The notes beneath the pieces were generated by a model, which was given only the letters and a program-made list of their open reading frames with translations, made no database searches and was not told the DNA's origin. The translations under genes and the position numbers were made by a program. This document shows, in pieces, positions 28,326-38,982 of a stretch of 64,000 nt of DNA. This stretch comes from an uncultured virus (IMG/VR IMGVR_UViG_3300037067_026316) (lineage: Duplodnaviria > Heunggongvirae > Uroviricota > Caudoviricetes), in the IMG/VR virus record IMGVR_UViG_3300037067_026316. One strand, 5' to 3'. Positions within the stretch are counted from its first letter, which is position 1, and each line of letters opens with the position of its first letter.

Positions 28326-29951
28326 ATGGTACTATATGGAAATCCAAATTCCCTTGTAGGAATAACATTAGAACTCAGGCCTATGGGTCCGGTTCCAGTT
28401 ACTATAGGGACTGGTATAATAGCCGTTGTGGGGCCATCTAATCGCGGACCAGTAGAGCCTACAGGATTAAGAAGTGTTTCCCAAATTAAGACGCTTTACG
28501 ATAGCGGCGATTTGAAAGAAGGAGGAGAACTTGCATTTTCTCAAGGCGCTCCAAATGTGTATCTCGTAAGGGTAATGGGTGCTGGATATGCTACAGCAAC
28601 AGCAATTCTAGAAGATAGTACAGGAACTACTATTGGAGTTGTTGATGCTATGTCTCCGGGAAATTGGGGTAATGGCCTTGTTTTTCAAATTGAGGATGGA
28701 GACTATCTTGGAACAGATGTTGAAATATTTTCTGGAGATGGAACAGAAGGGCCTTATGCTTTAGACAGAGATGATCTAGTTGAGGATACTTCAAACTATG
28801 TAAAGGTTAACAACGTAGTTAAGACATTAGTCTATAGCGCTCCTGGATTAATTGCAGGAACGGTATATTGTAATAAGGCTAACGGCTCTCTTACGTTCTT
28901 TGCAGGAGAAGGTCCTACTGTCTCTGATCAGATAAGGGTATCAATTAAATTTAAGAGTAGAAAGCTTACTCTCTATGATGGAGTATATAAGTATGAGTTT
29001 AACAATATTCGCAGCTTAGAGGATATGCAGGCTAAGATAGCTGAATCAGCTTTGATAACCTTTACTCCATCAGCAAATAAAACTCATTTGCCGAAGACCT
29101 ATACAGCAACTGCCTTATCTGGTGGTCTGGAAGGTGCAACTCCTACAACTGACGATTGGGAAACCTCTCTGAATGCTTTGGCTGAGGCAGTCACTCCTAC
29201 TACTGTAGTTTTGACTGATTATGAAGTAGCTGGAAGCTCATATGATCTAGTACCTATCTTAGATGGATGGCTAATGTATATGGCAAATAAATTTAGGCCA
29301 TGTTTAGGATTCATTCCGTGTAAGATGAATGAGACAAAGGCAAAAGTAATGGACCTTTGCGCAGGCTACAATAACCGTTTGCTTTCTATTGTAGCAAACG
29401 CCTGGGATGCTGATCCTACTCTGAAACAGAATATTGCTGTTGCCAGGGCTGGAAAAGAAGCAGCTTGTGCTCTTGGAGAAAGTGCTGCGAGATCGTACAA
29501 TTCAATGAATGGCCTTAATGGATTGCTACAGATACATTCAGATGAGGATGTAGATGTACTTTCTAGAAGTGGCGCTGATGTTATCATCTTGAAGAGGGGT
29601 ATTAGGCCTTACATTGGAATCTCAACTGCAACAGATTGGCAGTTTATGAGGACGGTGGACAACCGGACGATAAATTGGATAATCTTGGCAGTTAAGTATA
29701 TCACTGATCAATTCTATCATGAGCGGCGCACTAAGGTAGTTCTAACTTCTCTTAAAGCTAGTTTGGCTAGCGTATTTGAAGAACAGATAGAATTAGAGAA
29801 TATTAGAGCTTACGCTCTTAGTGTGAGTGCTGATGCTATTGACACTGGAAGAGTGGATATAGACATTAAGATGGAGAACATAGGCCACATTGAGCGATTT
29901 AGGGTCTTAATGCAGGTTGGTGTAATGCCTGGCGGTGGATTCACAGTATAG
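28326..29951 (+). CDS. Contractile tail sheath protein
   Basis: VVGPSNRGPVEP, YLVRV, SPGNWGN and LSGG motifs; C-terminal sheath domain. Confidence 0.92.
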   Translation: MVLYGNPNSLVGITLELRPMGPVPVTIGTGIIAVVGPSNRGPVEPTGLRSVSQIKTLYDSGDLKEGGELAFSQGAPNVYLVRVMGAGYATATAILEDSTGTTIGVVDAMSPGNWGNGLVFQIEDGDYLGTDVEIFSGDGTEGPYALDRDDLVEDTSNYVKVNNVVKTLVYSAPGLIAGTVYCNKANGSLTFFAGEGPTVSDQIRVSIKFKSRKLTLYDGVYKYEFNNIRSLEDMQAKIAESALITFTPSANKTHLPKTYTATALSGGLEGATPTTDDWETSLNALAEAVTPTTVVLTDYEVAGSSYDLVPILDGWLMYMANKFRPCLGFIPCKMNETKAKVMDLCAGYNNRLLSIVANAWDADPTLKQNIAVARAGKEAACALGESAARSYNSMNGLNGLLQIHSDEDVDVLSRSGADVIILKRGIRPYIGISTATDWQFMRTVDNRTINWIILAVKYITDQFYHERRTKVVLTSLKASLASVFEEQIELENIRAYALSVSADAIDTGRVDIDIKMENIGHIERFRVLMQVGVMPGGGFTV

Positions 29952-29963
29952 GAGTGATGAGAA

Positions 29964-30488
29964 ATGGCATTAAGTGTAACGGAATCATATGAAGTCGAAG
30001 CAACTGATCCAGGAGATATTGTAGTTGTAGTTAAGCCTCCTCAGGGAGCTACTATGCTACAATTTCCTGTAAAGGCGCTTACGGTTGATAAAACAATAGA
30101 CATTACTCCTGAATATGGTACTGGCAGCCATCTATCTTATCAGTTAACTCCTGGTAAGATAGGATTCTCCGGTTCCTTCAGAATAGGGACATTCGTAGGA
30201 AAAGGAACTGCAGCAACAGATGGAACTAACCATAAGATTGCTGGAGAACAGAAGGAGCAATTGGTTAAGTATCTTACTGATCAGGGAGATGAAGGTTTAC
30301 CTCTCTATTTCTCTATCGAGATTCATGATAGAAAGGTAGGGGCTGGAGGTGAGGCTGGAGAAGCAGATGCTTTGATAGAGCAATATACTGGATGTATGCT
30401 ATCAGGAGATGGGATAGACATTGGGGAACCAGGGACGACAGTAACGAGAGCATATCCATTTGTCGCCATGAGAAGGAATCCTAAATAG
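29964..30488 (+). CDS. Tail tube protein
   Basis: Directly after sheath; PGKIGFSGS and YTGCM patterns. Confidence 0.8.
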   Translation: MALSVTESYEVEATDPGDIVVVVKPPQGATMLQFPVKALTVDKTIDITPEYGTGSHLSYQLTPGKIGFSGSFRIGTFVGKGTAATDGTNHKIAGEQKEQLVKYLTDQGDEGLPLYFSIEIHDRKVGAGGEAGEADALIEQYTGCMLSGDGIDIGEPGTTVTRAYPFVAMRRNPK

Positions 30489-30530
30489 GATTTCTTCTTT
30501 TACAAATTTTTAGCAGGAGAGGATAAAAAA

Positions 30531-30977
30531 TTGGTAGAGATAAGTAAAGAACGGATTATAAAGGGCAAGGATGCATTTAGAATTTTGCCTGTAATTGGAT
30601 ATGAAGACATGCAGGTTAGAATTCGAAGCCTAACGGATCTTGAACTTGCCGAAGTTATAGGTATAGCAAAACAGAATGGATGGATAGAATTCTTTAATAT
30701 TGTATCTGGAGGAGAGAATAAAATTGCACAAGATATTTCTCTTATATCTGGAGCTATACCATTGATGGTAGAGATATGTTCTAGAGGGACTATCATTTAC
30801 AAAGGCGAAGAAGGAGAAGAGAATCGTAAGGAGCTTACTAAAGAGGAAAAGAAGGATATATTTAAGGATATTGGAAGATTTGCTACAGTATCCATAGGGG
30901 TAGAAATCTTAATGGATACTTTAAAACCTTTGGAAGATCTAGAGGGTTTTATGGTACCACCGAAGCAACTATCTTGA
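30531..30977 (+). CDS. Tail assembly chaperone (G-like)
   Basis: VRIRSLT motif; between tube and tape measure genes; ends with a slippery site. Confidence 0.75.
   Translation: MVEISKERIIKGKDAFRILPVIGYEDMQVRIRSLTDLELAEVIGIAKQNGWIEFFNIVSGGENKIAQDISLISGAIPLMVEICSRGTIIYKGEEGEENRKELTKEEKKDIFKDIGRFATVSIGVEILMDTLKPLEDLEGFMVPPKQLS
30944..30950 (+). promoter_or_regulatory. -1 programmed ribosomal frameshift site G GGT TTT
   Basis: X XXY YYZ heptamer in the correct frame; the -1 frame is open into ORF 30974-31330. Confidence 0.8.
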
Positions 30978-31330
30978 AAGTCTTGATTTGGGATGGATAC
31001 AAATTAGGAGATATCAGGGACCTTACTCCTCTGCAGACTAATTTCATAGCTCTATGCTTTAAAGAGAAGATGGAGATATCATTAAGGGCTACTGGTATAG
31101 CTCCTTCTTCTGCTGCTTCAAAGCAAAAAGCCTTAAGGAAGCAGCCTATAAGAGTAGATGAGGATGGCCGGGAAGGACCATTCTATGAAACTGCAGGCGG
31201 TATTCCTGTAGAGAGACCATTCTACAGGAAGAAAATGAATGTAAAAGACTATATTGCTATGAGAAAGCAAGAGAGAGCAAATGACCCTGAGAGTTACCGT
31301 ATTGGAGAGGTAATAACTCCTGATAGCTAA
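30974..31330 (+). CDS. Tail chaperone extension (T-like; translated via frameshift)
   Basis: In the -1 frame relative to the chaperone gene; only a TTG start; precedes tape measure. Confidence 0.7.
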   Translation: MKVLIWDGYKLGDIRDLTPLQTNFIALCFKEKMEISLRATGIAPSSAASKQKALRKQPIRVDEDGREGPFYETAGGIPVERPFYRKKMNVKDYIAMRKQERANDPESYRIGEVITPDS

Positions 31331-31343
31331 GGTGGTATAAAGG

Positions 31344-34300
31344 ATGCCTGAAGGAGGAGAAGTTAGAAAGCTATCGTATGTTATCGATCTGATAGATCGA
31401 GCTACTAAGCCTTTAAAGAATATTGTAGCGATAGCTGATCAAACAGATAACCGCAAAGCTACCTTAAAGGTAGGAATTGAGGGTTATGCTGATTCTCAGA
31501 CTAAGATAGGTAAGCTTCAAGGATCTGTTGGAAAGCTTACTGATCTTGGAAGTAAAATGGGGGAGGGTCTAAAAGGGGCTGGAGAAAAAATGTCCCTAGC
31601 GGGGTCTCAAATACAGAAAATTTGGGACCCTGCTACACAATCTTTTTATGAACTTGCAGAAGCTTCTGAGAAGGCTGGAGAGAAGTTAGAAGACACAACT
31701 AAAAAAATGGGGCCTATGGCTCTTAAGGCCAAAGCGCTATCCAATGCTATCGAAGCTGTACAATTCCAATTGCTAGCTGTACAAGGCGCGGCTACCATAT
31801 TTATGTATTCATCAATTAATGCTGCGATGAAGACAGAAAGATGGACAACAATTACTAAAGGATCATTTGGAGATAGAGCTGATGAAATTCTGGCATGGGC
31901 TGAGGCAGGAGCAAAATTAACTTCGGTAACAAATGATTCTAGATTAGCAATGGCTCAGATGTTTAATCAAGCAAAAATGGGTAACAAAGAGATAATGGAA
32001 ACATCTGAGTTAGTAGAAAAATATTGGAAGAATAAAGCATTAAGGGCAAAACTTCAGGAAGCAGGAATCTCTTCAAAAGAGAGTTTTGCAGAACAAATTA
32101 AAAATATAGAAATTGGAGGAGGCCGGGCCTTTGGCCTTCGGCAAGTTTGGGGCAAAGAAGCGCTTGAAAGTCTTATAGAAAATGGGCATGGAGCTAAAAA
32201 AGTTCTTTCTTTGATGAGAAAAGATCTTGAAAAAACTGCAGATACTGTAGATGATACAACATCTGCTCAAGCTGATTTTGCTGAAGTTTGGACGGAATTT
32301 CTAGAGGATGCTGGAATGACTTTACTTCCAGTAGTTCAAAAGATTTATTTAGGTCTCACTAAACTTATTATGTTGATACAAAATATACCAGGGGCTCCAG
32401 GTTTTGTAGTAATTGCTGCTGCTGCAACATTTCTTTCAATATCTTTAGTTTTTCTTTTAGGGGTATTAGCACAGAGCTATCTTGCTCTGGCAAAATTAGT
32501 AGGGCAATTAGGGATAACATCTTTAGCTATGAAAGGGGCAACAATCTCTACTTATGCTCATGCTATTTCTCATAAGGCAGCAACTGCAGCTATATGGTTA
32601 TCTACAGGAGCAACTCATTTATGGACGTTATCGCAGATAGGTGCTGCAAGAGCTGCAGCTTTAACTTCTGGAGCTATTGGAGTTTTAATAAGCTCTTTAA
32701 CAGCATTAAAGGTAGCTATGCTTTCGAATCCAGTAACGGCTGCATTAGTTATCTTGTTAACTGTATTGTTGCTTTTAGAAGCTAAGTTCCATATATTTTC
32801 AAATCTATTTAAGAGTTTAGATAAAGTCAATTGGGCGGAAAAATGGGCTGAAGGAGTAAAATATCTTTCTGATTTATTTGATGGACTAATTGGAAAGGCT
32901 ACATGGCTGAAAAATTTAGCTAGTGGTGGAACTGATCTATTAAAAAAGATTGGTGGAGGAAATGTAGGGTTAGGCGGATTAATGCTAGCTATCCCTGGCG
33001 TAGGGATAATAATAGGAAATCTAAAGATGCTGAATGCATCTTTGAAATATCTTCTTCAGCTATCAGGCGGAAATTTACAATTCCTGCAGGATATTTCAGG
33101 TTCCCTGAAAGATAAATTTGACAAGGCTATAGATCTTCTGGAGTCATTAATTCCTGGTTGGTTGCAAAGTATCTTTCAGGGAGTAGACGACTTTACAGAG
33201 TGGCTTAGAACTGCCTGGGATAGATTAATTGAAGGCATCAACAGCTTCTTAACTTCTCTTGGATTGAATCCTATTGAAGGAGCTCCTAAGAGAGGGCTAA
33301 CTGAAGAAGGTTTGTCTGCAGAAGATAAAGAAAGAATTTTAAAAGAAAATTTAACAGCATATAATATTGATATAGCTGCAGGGTCAAAGTTTGGAACTCC
33401 TGCAGTAGGGGCTGGAGGGGTTGAAGCCTGGCAACCAGCGTTTGAAGGTAAATTCAAAGAATATGCTTTTGAATCTGCTAGATATCCAAATGTTACACGG
33501 ACTGGAGAAGAGCTTACAAAAGAGCAAATGCTAACGGGAGAATGGACTCCTAAGTCATTTAATATGATGCCTTTGACAGACCAGCAGATTCAGGCTTTTT
33601 ATGATGCAATAGCTGCTGCTAAAGAACAACAAATTGTTATAGAAGAGAAGAAGGAAGAACCTAAACCAGAGCCGATAGATATAATTCCTCCTTATGAAAT
33701 TTCATCAGGAAAATCCAAAAAAGAGGTTATGGAAGATATTGTTAAACCTCCATCTAGCGGCGAATTATCTATAAAAACTGGGGAACCTACTCCAGTAGAA
33801 GCATTAATGGAATCGAGTATAGCACAAACAAAAGTTTCAAGAGAAGTACCTTTTCTACCAACAGGAGAAGAGAAAAAGGAAGAAAAGAAAGATGAAGGTC
33901 TTTTAGATAAGGTATGGAATACAATAGTTAGTCCTTTTGCAGAGAAAGAAGAAGAAAAAGCAGACGAAGAATCTAAACCTTCAAAACCTAAAGAAAGCAG
34001 TAATAAAGAAGGAAAAAGTAGCGTAAGCGCTACAGGTTCTGATGCTAAAAAGCCTTCTGGAGAGTCTAAGGAATCTACCAGGGCAACTTATGAAGATCGC
34101 TGGAATAGAGCTGATAAGGGAGGCATAATAACCCATACAGGCCGGGGGACTCTACATAAGGGAGAAGAAGTAATTTCTGAAGAAGATAAATTAATGTACA
34201 ATACTGGAGAAATTCCAAGTATTCTTCAAAGTATTGACTCGATTACAAGACAGGTTAAAGGAGCTGAAGCTTCTGTTGCCGTTAAATCAGGAGATAAAAT

Positions 34301-34430
34301 AGTTAATTTGAATTTCTATTCTCCATTAATGAAAATAGAAAAAGTGGTAGGAGAAGTTGATTTTAGCAGGGCGCAAACTACATTGCTTCGATTTATTAGG
34401 GATGAGGTAAAATCTGCAATAAAGGGATAA
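31344..34430 (+). CDS. Tail tape measure protein
   Basis: 1028 aa; Ala/Leu-rich helical with hydrophobic middle; C-terminal GGII..G..TLHKGEEV motif. Confidence 0.9.
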   Translation: MPEGGEVRKLSYVIDLIDRATKPLKNIVAIADQTDNRKATLKVGIEGYADSQTKIGKLQGSVGKLTDLGSKMGEGLKGAGEKMSLAGSQIQKIWDPATQSFYELAEASEKAGEKLEDTTKKMGPMALKAKALSNAIEAVQFQLLAVQGAATIFMYSSINAAMKTERWTTITKGSFGDRADEILAWAEAGAKLTSVTNDSRLAMAQMFNQAKMGNKEIMETSELVEKYWKNKALRAKLQEAGISSKESFAEQIKNIEIGGGRAFGLRQVWGKEALESLIENGHGAKKVLSLMRKDLEKTADTVDDTTSAQADFAEVWTEFLEDAGMTLLPVVQKIYLGLTKLIMLIQNIPGAPGFVVIAAAATFLSISLVFLLGVLAQSYLALAKLVGQLGITSLAMKGATISTYAHAISHKAATAAIWLSTGATHLWTLSQIGAARAAALTSGAIGVLISSLTALKVAMLSNPVTAALVILLTVLLLLEAKFHIFSNLFKSLDKVNWAEKWAEGVKYLSDLFDGLIGKATWLKNLASGGTDLLKKIGGGNVGLGGLMLAIPGVGIIIGNLKMLNASLKYLLQLSGGNLQFLQDISGSLKDKFDKAIDLLESLIPGWLQSIFQGVDDFTEWLRTAWDRLIEGINSFLTSLGLNPIEGAPKRGLTEEGLSAEDKERILKENLTAYNIDIAAGSKFGTPAVGAGGVEAWQPAFEGKFKEYAFESARYPNVTRTGEELTKEQMLTGEWTPKSFNMMPLTDQQIQAFYDAIAAAKEQQIVIEEKKEEPKPEPIDIIPPYEISSGKSKKEVMEDIVKPPSSGELSIKTGEPTPVEALMESSIAQTKVSREVPFLPTGEEKKEEKKDEGLLDKVWNTIVSPFAEKEEEKADEESKPSKPKESSNKEGKSSVSATGSDAKKPSGESKESTRATYEDRWNRADKGGIITHTGRGTLHKGEEVISEEDKLMYNTGEIPSILQSIDSITRQVKGAEASVAVKSGDKIVNLNFYSPLMKIEKVVGEVDFSRAQTTLLRFIRDEVKSAIKG

Positions 34431-34435
34431 TTAGC

Positions 34436-36757
34436 ATGTTGAGACATTATTTAAAAATCGGAGGAGAAGATGTAAGCGGCTATATGCAATCTGTTCATAT
34501 AGAGCGTTATGATAGTGGAGCTACTGCTGAATTTGTTATTGCTAATATTTACGGCATGTTTACGGGGAAATGGAAAGATGAAGGCGATGAGACAGCAAAG
34601 GTAGTCCTTCTTCTTGAGAACGAGAGGCATACTTGCGTAGGAGATGCTGATTATAGGCAAGAGGGAGCAGAACTTGATATTGAGATTGAATCTAACTCAA
34701 AGATCTATCATGCTTTTTGCGGCTACATAACAAAAGTTGATTATGATGAGCATTTTGTTAAGCTGAAGGCTAATACATCAGATGAATTTCTTGAAGAGGA
34801 GGCTATGCCGGATGGTGTTAAGCCAAGAGGAGGAACTGCTTACATAGCTACTCCACCAGCAGAGATTATCTTGGACGTTATTGCTCAGCATAAAGATCCT
34901 CCCATAGGAATAACAATTCTGAGCGAAGGAGCAGCAGCAAATAAAGGCTATCCCGTCCTTCAAGTTCCAAGAAAGAAGTTGCCAGGCTACAAACCTCCTA
35001 TTCCTCCTGGCGGATCACAAGCTAAATTTCCGTCTCACTATGAATATTTGTCTCCATCAGAATATGAGAGGAAATATCCCAATAATTCAGGCCGGCCTGA
35101 TGGCTGGAGACCAGGTACCGGAGTCTATGGAGATGGTTGGTATAGACCGCCTGAAGGAATGCCCAGGCCTGAATATCCCCAAAGGTGCAAACACGTCTGC
35201 AGGTACAAAGAGCAGTACAAATGCTGTAAATCAACAGAATGCGCTTACAAGCAAGAAGGGACTTTGTGTAGACAGGTCAGTTGCCCTTATGACATAGAGA
35301 AAAGAAATCTCTGCTATACAATCTGTCCTTATGATAGTGGAGACTGCATAGACTCTTCGTTAACTGACCTTTCAGAGTGCTCTACTTGCGGTGGTTCCGG
35401 TTCTGCTGCCAATGGTGCTATATGCTCTGAATGCGGCGGAACAGGTCTTTCGAATAACAAAGCAATCAACTCTGCATTAGATAATGCTCAAAGAGTATTT
35501 GATGATGCATCTAATAGGCTAACAGCAGCTCAGGAAGCCTATGATAGAGCTGAGACTTCATTACAGAAGAGGAATGCCAGTATTGCTATCCAGAAGGCAA
35601 TGCAAGATGTAATAAAGGCTAGAAATGATCTCAATCGGCTTGAGAAGTTTAAAGAACAGCCTGTTGATGAAGGAGATGCAGAAATTTCTGGCAATCCTGA
35701 AGAACTGGTTTATGTGGATTTTTGGAATCCACCGATTATAAAAGATCAGGTACAGGGAGTCAAAGGCGTAAAGTATGCAGATGTTATCAGGGCCGTACAA
35801 AGAAGCACAGGAGGCCAATTCTTCGTCAATGAAGAATGCAAAGCTCAATTCATCCCGCCTAACTATGTTATTCCATCAACAGAATCAGCTATCGATATTA
35901 CTCATTTGGTAACAAGGCAGGGATTGGCTAAGAGTGCTATGGGTCACGCTAATATAGTTGTGGTCTATGGCTCGGGGATTACAGAACCAGGAGCTAGCCC
36001 TGTAGAGAGGGAGAGGCACAAAGTTGTTGGTTATCTGCATGAGAATGTAGATTCTATTCAGAGACATGGTACAATCCATGCTGCAGAGGTTGATGTGCAT
36101 TATCTGCCAAAGCAATCTCAGGTCGAAGAACTGGCAAAGAACCTTATCGATTTTTATAAAGGAGATGATGATAAAGCCGAAGTTGATGCAATCGGTATTT
36201 GTCCAAGAATTTTTCAAAAGGTGCAATGGAAGGTTCCAATCGGGCCGGTGATGGATACTGACGAATGTCAATTTGGTAGTACAGCAATCATGGCAGTTGT
36301 CTCTGGCAGGATTTCAAAGGTAGTTCTTGATTATTCTTGTCAAGGCTGGCAAGTAAATTTAGATGTAAGCACAGAAGGAGAAGACTCAGGGACAGGATCA
36401 ATGATGAAACCTTATGTGACTGCTGGCGATTATGCCTTTGCTACTCCGGAACTTTATGATCAATTGGAAGCTCAGAATCAGGAAAATTGGAATAGAATGT
36501 CTACTGTATTCACAGGTAGTTCTGGACCAACTCCTTTAGATCCCTCATGGAATTCACAAAATGAAGATGGATATCATTTATGGGTAAAGCCTTCTGCAGA
36601 TGGTAAAACGTTAGAATTGGTAATGGATACAGGGCAATCATGGGGTAAAGTAGGGGATAAGCCTTCTGGAGCTTTTGCATTAAGGAGAATGATAGGACCA
36701 AGTTCATTATTTAATGGAGAAGATATAAATTCATTAATGAATCAATCGGAGATATAA
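34436..36757 (+). CDS. Baseplate hub (gpD/gp27-like) with Pro- and Cys-rich insertion
   Basis: Follows tape measure; FCGYITKV, GGQFFVNEE and ANIVVVYG patterns. Confidence 0.6.
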   Translation: MLRHYLKIGGEDVSGYMQSVHIERYDSGATAEFVIANIYGMFTGKWKDEGDETAKVVLLLENERHTCVGDADYRQEGAELDIEIESNSKIYHAFCGYITKVDYDEHFVKLKANTSDEFLEEEAMPDGVKPRGGTAYIATPPAEIILDVIAQHKDPPIGITILSEGAAANKGYPVLQVPRKKLPGYKPPIPPGGSQAKFPSHYEYLSPSEYERKYPNNSGRPDGWRPGTGVYGDGWYRPPEGMPRPEYPQRCKHVCRYKEQYKCCKSTECAYKQEGTLCRQVSCPYDIEKRNLCYTICPYDSGDCIDSSLTDLSECSTCGGSGSAANGAICSECGGTGLSNNKAINSALDNAQRVFDDASNRLTAAQEAYDRAETSLQKRNASIAIQKAMQDVIKARNDLNRLEKFKEQPVDEGDAEISGNPEELVYVDFWNPPIIKDQVQGVKGVKYADVIRAVQRSTGGQFFVNEECKAQFIPPNYVIPSTESAIDITHLVTRQGLAKSAMGHANIVVVYGSGITEPGASPVERERHKVVGYLHENVDSIQRHGTIHAAEVDVHYLPKQSQVEELAKNLIDFYKGDDDKAEVDAIGICPRIFQKVQWKVPIGPVMDTDECQFGSTAIMAVVSGRISKVVLDYSCQGWQVNLDVSTEGEDSGTGSMMKPYVTAGDYAFATPELYDQLEAQNQENWNRMSTVFTGSSGPTPLDPSWNSQNEDGYHLWVKPSADGKTLELVMDTGQSWGKVGDKPSGAFALRRMIGPSSLFNGEDINSLMNQSEI

Positions 36758-36759
36758 AA

Positions 36760-37239
36760 ATGGTTGACGGATATATAACTCCAGGCCCAAATGATATAAC
36801 TCCTGATGATATTGCATCATTGATTAATGTTAATAGTCTCCTTGGGCAAATAGAAGATAATGAAGCTGCTCAGGGGTATATTAAAGTCTCTATAGATGGT
36901 CAGGAGTTCAAAGTTAACCCAAGACAAATAGAATGGAGTAAAGAGTTTAAGATTGTAGAATATGATATTCCATATTATAAGAACAAAACTCAAAGTTTAG
37001 GATCTAAACTTTGGAGATGTTCTATGACTATAAGGAGCTTGAAAAGTGCTGAAAGACGCTTTTTATGGGATCTTGGAGAACCTGACATACATCCTGGTCC
37101 CCATCTCCTTGTAACGGCAGGAGCAACTTCTGCTATGTGCGTTTACATTGTAAAAAAAGGAGAAGTTCAAGCCTCAGCAGAAGGAGATATTGTTTTTCTA
37201 TGGAGCTTGGATTTTATAGAAGCTAATGATGCTAATTAG
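36760..37239 (+). CDS. Tail tube initiator/gpU-like baseplate protein
   Basis: VNPRQI...IVEYDIP...TQSLG...LDFIE pattern. Confidence 0.6.
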   Translation: MVDGYITPGPNDITPDDIASLINVNSLLGQIEDNEAAQGYIKVSIDGQEFKVNPRQIEWSKEFKIVEYDIPYYKNKTQSLGSKLWRCSMTIRSLKSAERRFLWDLGEPDIHPGPHLLVTAGATSAMCVYIVKKGEVQASAEGDIVFLWSLDFIEANDAN

Positions 37240-37254
37240 AAAGGAGATAAATTT

Positions 37255-38166
37255 ATGTCATTAAGAGAGGCCATTGCGAATGAGATAGAAAGGCAAATGA
37301 GACTTTACTTACGAGTGGAGTTATGTGTCGTTTTAGCTGTTCAACGACATGCATTTGAAGACGATTTATTAACCAATACTGTAACGGTAAAAGTCCGGGA
37401 TTTAATAGGATATTATAGTCCTTGCCCTGAAGTAGATAGACAGAGAGTCTATCAGGTACAGGGGTATATGGGGCATCATTATGGTAATCCTATTCATCCC
37501 AGGATAGGAGATATGGTATGGGTTCTATTTTATCAAAATGAAAAAGGAATCATCTTAGGCCAATGTCCCTCATGGGAACAGTTGCCTCTTTGCCGCCAGA
37601 ATGATAGCGATTTTGTTATCAAAATGGTACAGCATGAGCTGCCTACAGAATTAGATGAATGTGGAGATATTGTAGGAAAATTTCCAGAACCTCATTGGCC
37701 GGTATGTTTTAAGTTCTTCGGAAAGGATAGAAGCGCTTTAACTGTATCTGAATGTCCACTAGGAGAATCGGTTCCTTCCTGCGAGGTTTGTAAGGATTTG
37801 GATGATATTACTAATAACAGCAAGTCGTTTAAATGGTATTCTAAGGATCATCAATCTCATCCCGATAGGGTTAGGTGGTCTCATAAAAAGGGGCAATTTA
37901 TCCAGATGGAGAGAGATGGATCTATTCTTATCAAAGATAATACAGGATCGTTTATTTGCTTAAAAGGAGAGAGTGGAGGCGGGATTCTAATTAAGGATAA
38001 AGCTGGAAGCTATGTAGCTCTAAATGGAAATGGAACTTTAACGGTTAGGGCTGCTGGAGCTGGATCGCATAACCTCTATAATACATGTTGTGCATGTGCA
38101 TGCAAGAATTGCCCTTCAGCATCAGATGATATGGGCGGAAAATGTTCTCCACCCCATTCAGAATAA
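37255..38166 (+). CDS. Baseplate spike (gpV/gp45-like)
   Basis: OB-fold PRIGDMVWVLF; beta-helix repeats IKDNTGSFI and IKDKAGSYV; Cys/His-rich tip. Confidence 0.8.
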   Translation: MSLREAIANEIERQMRLYLRVELCVVLAVQRHAFEDDLLTNTVTVKVRDLIGYYSPCPEVDRQRVYQVQGYMGHHYGNPIHPRIGDMVWVLFYQNEKGIILGQCPSWEQLPLCRQNDSDFVIKMVQHELPTELDECGDIVGKFPEPHWPVCFKFFGKDRSALTVSECPLGESVPSCEVCKDLDDITNNSKSFKWYSKDHQSHPDRVRWSHKKGQFIQMERDGSILIKDNTGSFICLKGESGGGILIKDKAGSYVALNGNGTLTVRAAGAGSHNLYNTCCACACKNCPSASDDMGGKCSPPHSE

Positions 38167-38215
38167 TTACAGTAATCTATATATACTATTGAAAAACAAT
38201 AAGGGAGAGGGATAA

Positions 38216-38365
38216 ATGAAACATAAACAATTTGGGAAGCCTTACATGGTAAGGCTTTTCTTAGATGATGAGCAAAAGTTATCTAGGTTGAGTGGGAGAA
38301 ATACTAGCGAAAAGATCAGAAATGCAATGCATAGTTTCCTTAAGAGTCAGGATGAAGGTAGATGA
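38216..38365 (+). CDS. Small ribbon-helix-helix-like protein (49 aa)
   Basis: Hand-translated MKHKQFGKPYMVRLFLDDEQKLSRLSGRNTSEKIRNAMHSFLK; own TATA-like TATATATACTAT upstream. Confidence 0.55.
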   Translation: MKHKQFGKPYMVRLFLDDEQKLSRLSGRNTSEKIRNAMHSFLKSQDEGR

Positions 38366-38982
38366 ATATCTATGGTGATTTAACTGTAGCATATGAAGAA
38401 TTTCAAAAGGCTAAAACCCTTCAGGGACATTATGGAACCTCTGAAGGGGTAATGAAAGCCTGGGATACTAGGGGTAGGGGACTAAAGGAAGAAGAGAAAA
38501 AGGGAAATGAACCTAAGAAATCAGTAAAACTTGAAAAAATTGAAAATGTAGTAAAAACCAATGTTAAGCAAGTATCTGGCAAGGATTTCATTTCCCAAAG
38601 AGATAAACTGCCTACAGAACTAAAGGCCTTCCTAACTCCATATACTGAGGAAGAATACTTAAAAGGTGGAGTTAAACTTTATCTTGAAGATAATGGGAAA
38701 GCAGGGTTTGGTCTTAGAGGAAATGAATTGATCTCTGCATTCTCTTTACCTAAGGCTCATATGGGAGAAAGCATGATAGATCATGCAATGAGTTTAGGGG
38801 CAACGGTTCTAGATTGTATGGGGCCAAAGCTTCGAAAATTCTATAAAAATAAAGGCTTTAAAGTGGTTAAAGTAGATAAGTGGAATCCGAAGTATAAGCC
38901 TGAGGGATGGAACCATAAGAAGTTTGATAGGCCAAATATCTACTATATGGAGCTGAGAAAGAAGGAGGAGAAGAAGAAATGA
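38362..38982 (+). CDS. GNAT-like domain protein with N-terminal GTSEG..KAWDTRGRG segment
   Basis: ELISAFS...GATVLDC...LRKFYKNKGF resembles GNAT motifs A/B. Confidence 0.55.
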   Translation: MNIYGDLTVAYEEFQKAKTLQGHYGTSEGVMKAWDTRGRGLKEEEKKGNEPKKSVKLEKIENVVKTNVKQVSGKDFISQRDKLPTELKAFLTPYTEEEYLKGGVKLYLEDNGKAGFGLRGNELISAFSLPKAHMGESMIDHAMSLGATVLDCMGPKLRKFYKNKGFKVVKVDKWNPKYKPEGWNHKKFDRPNIYYMELRKKEEKKK

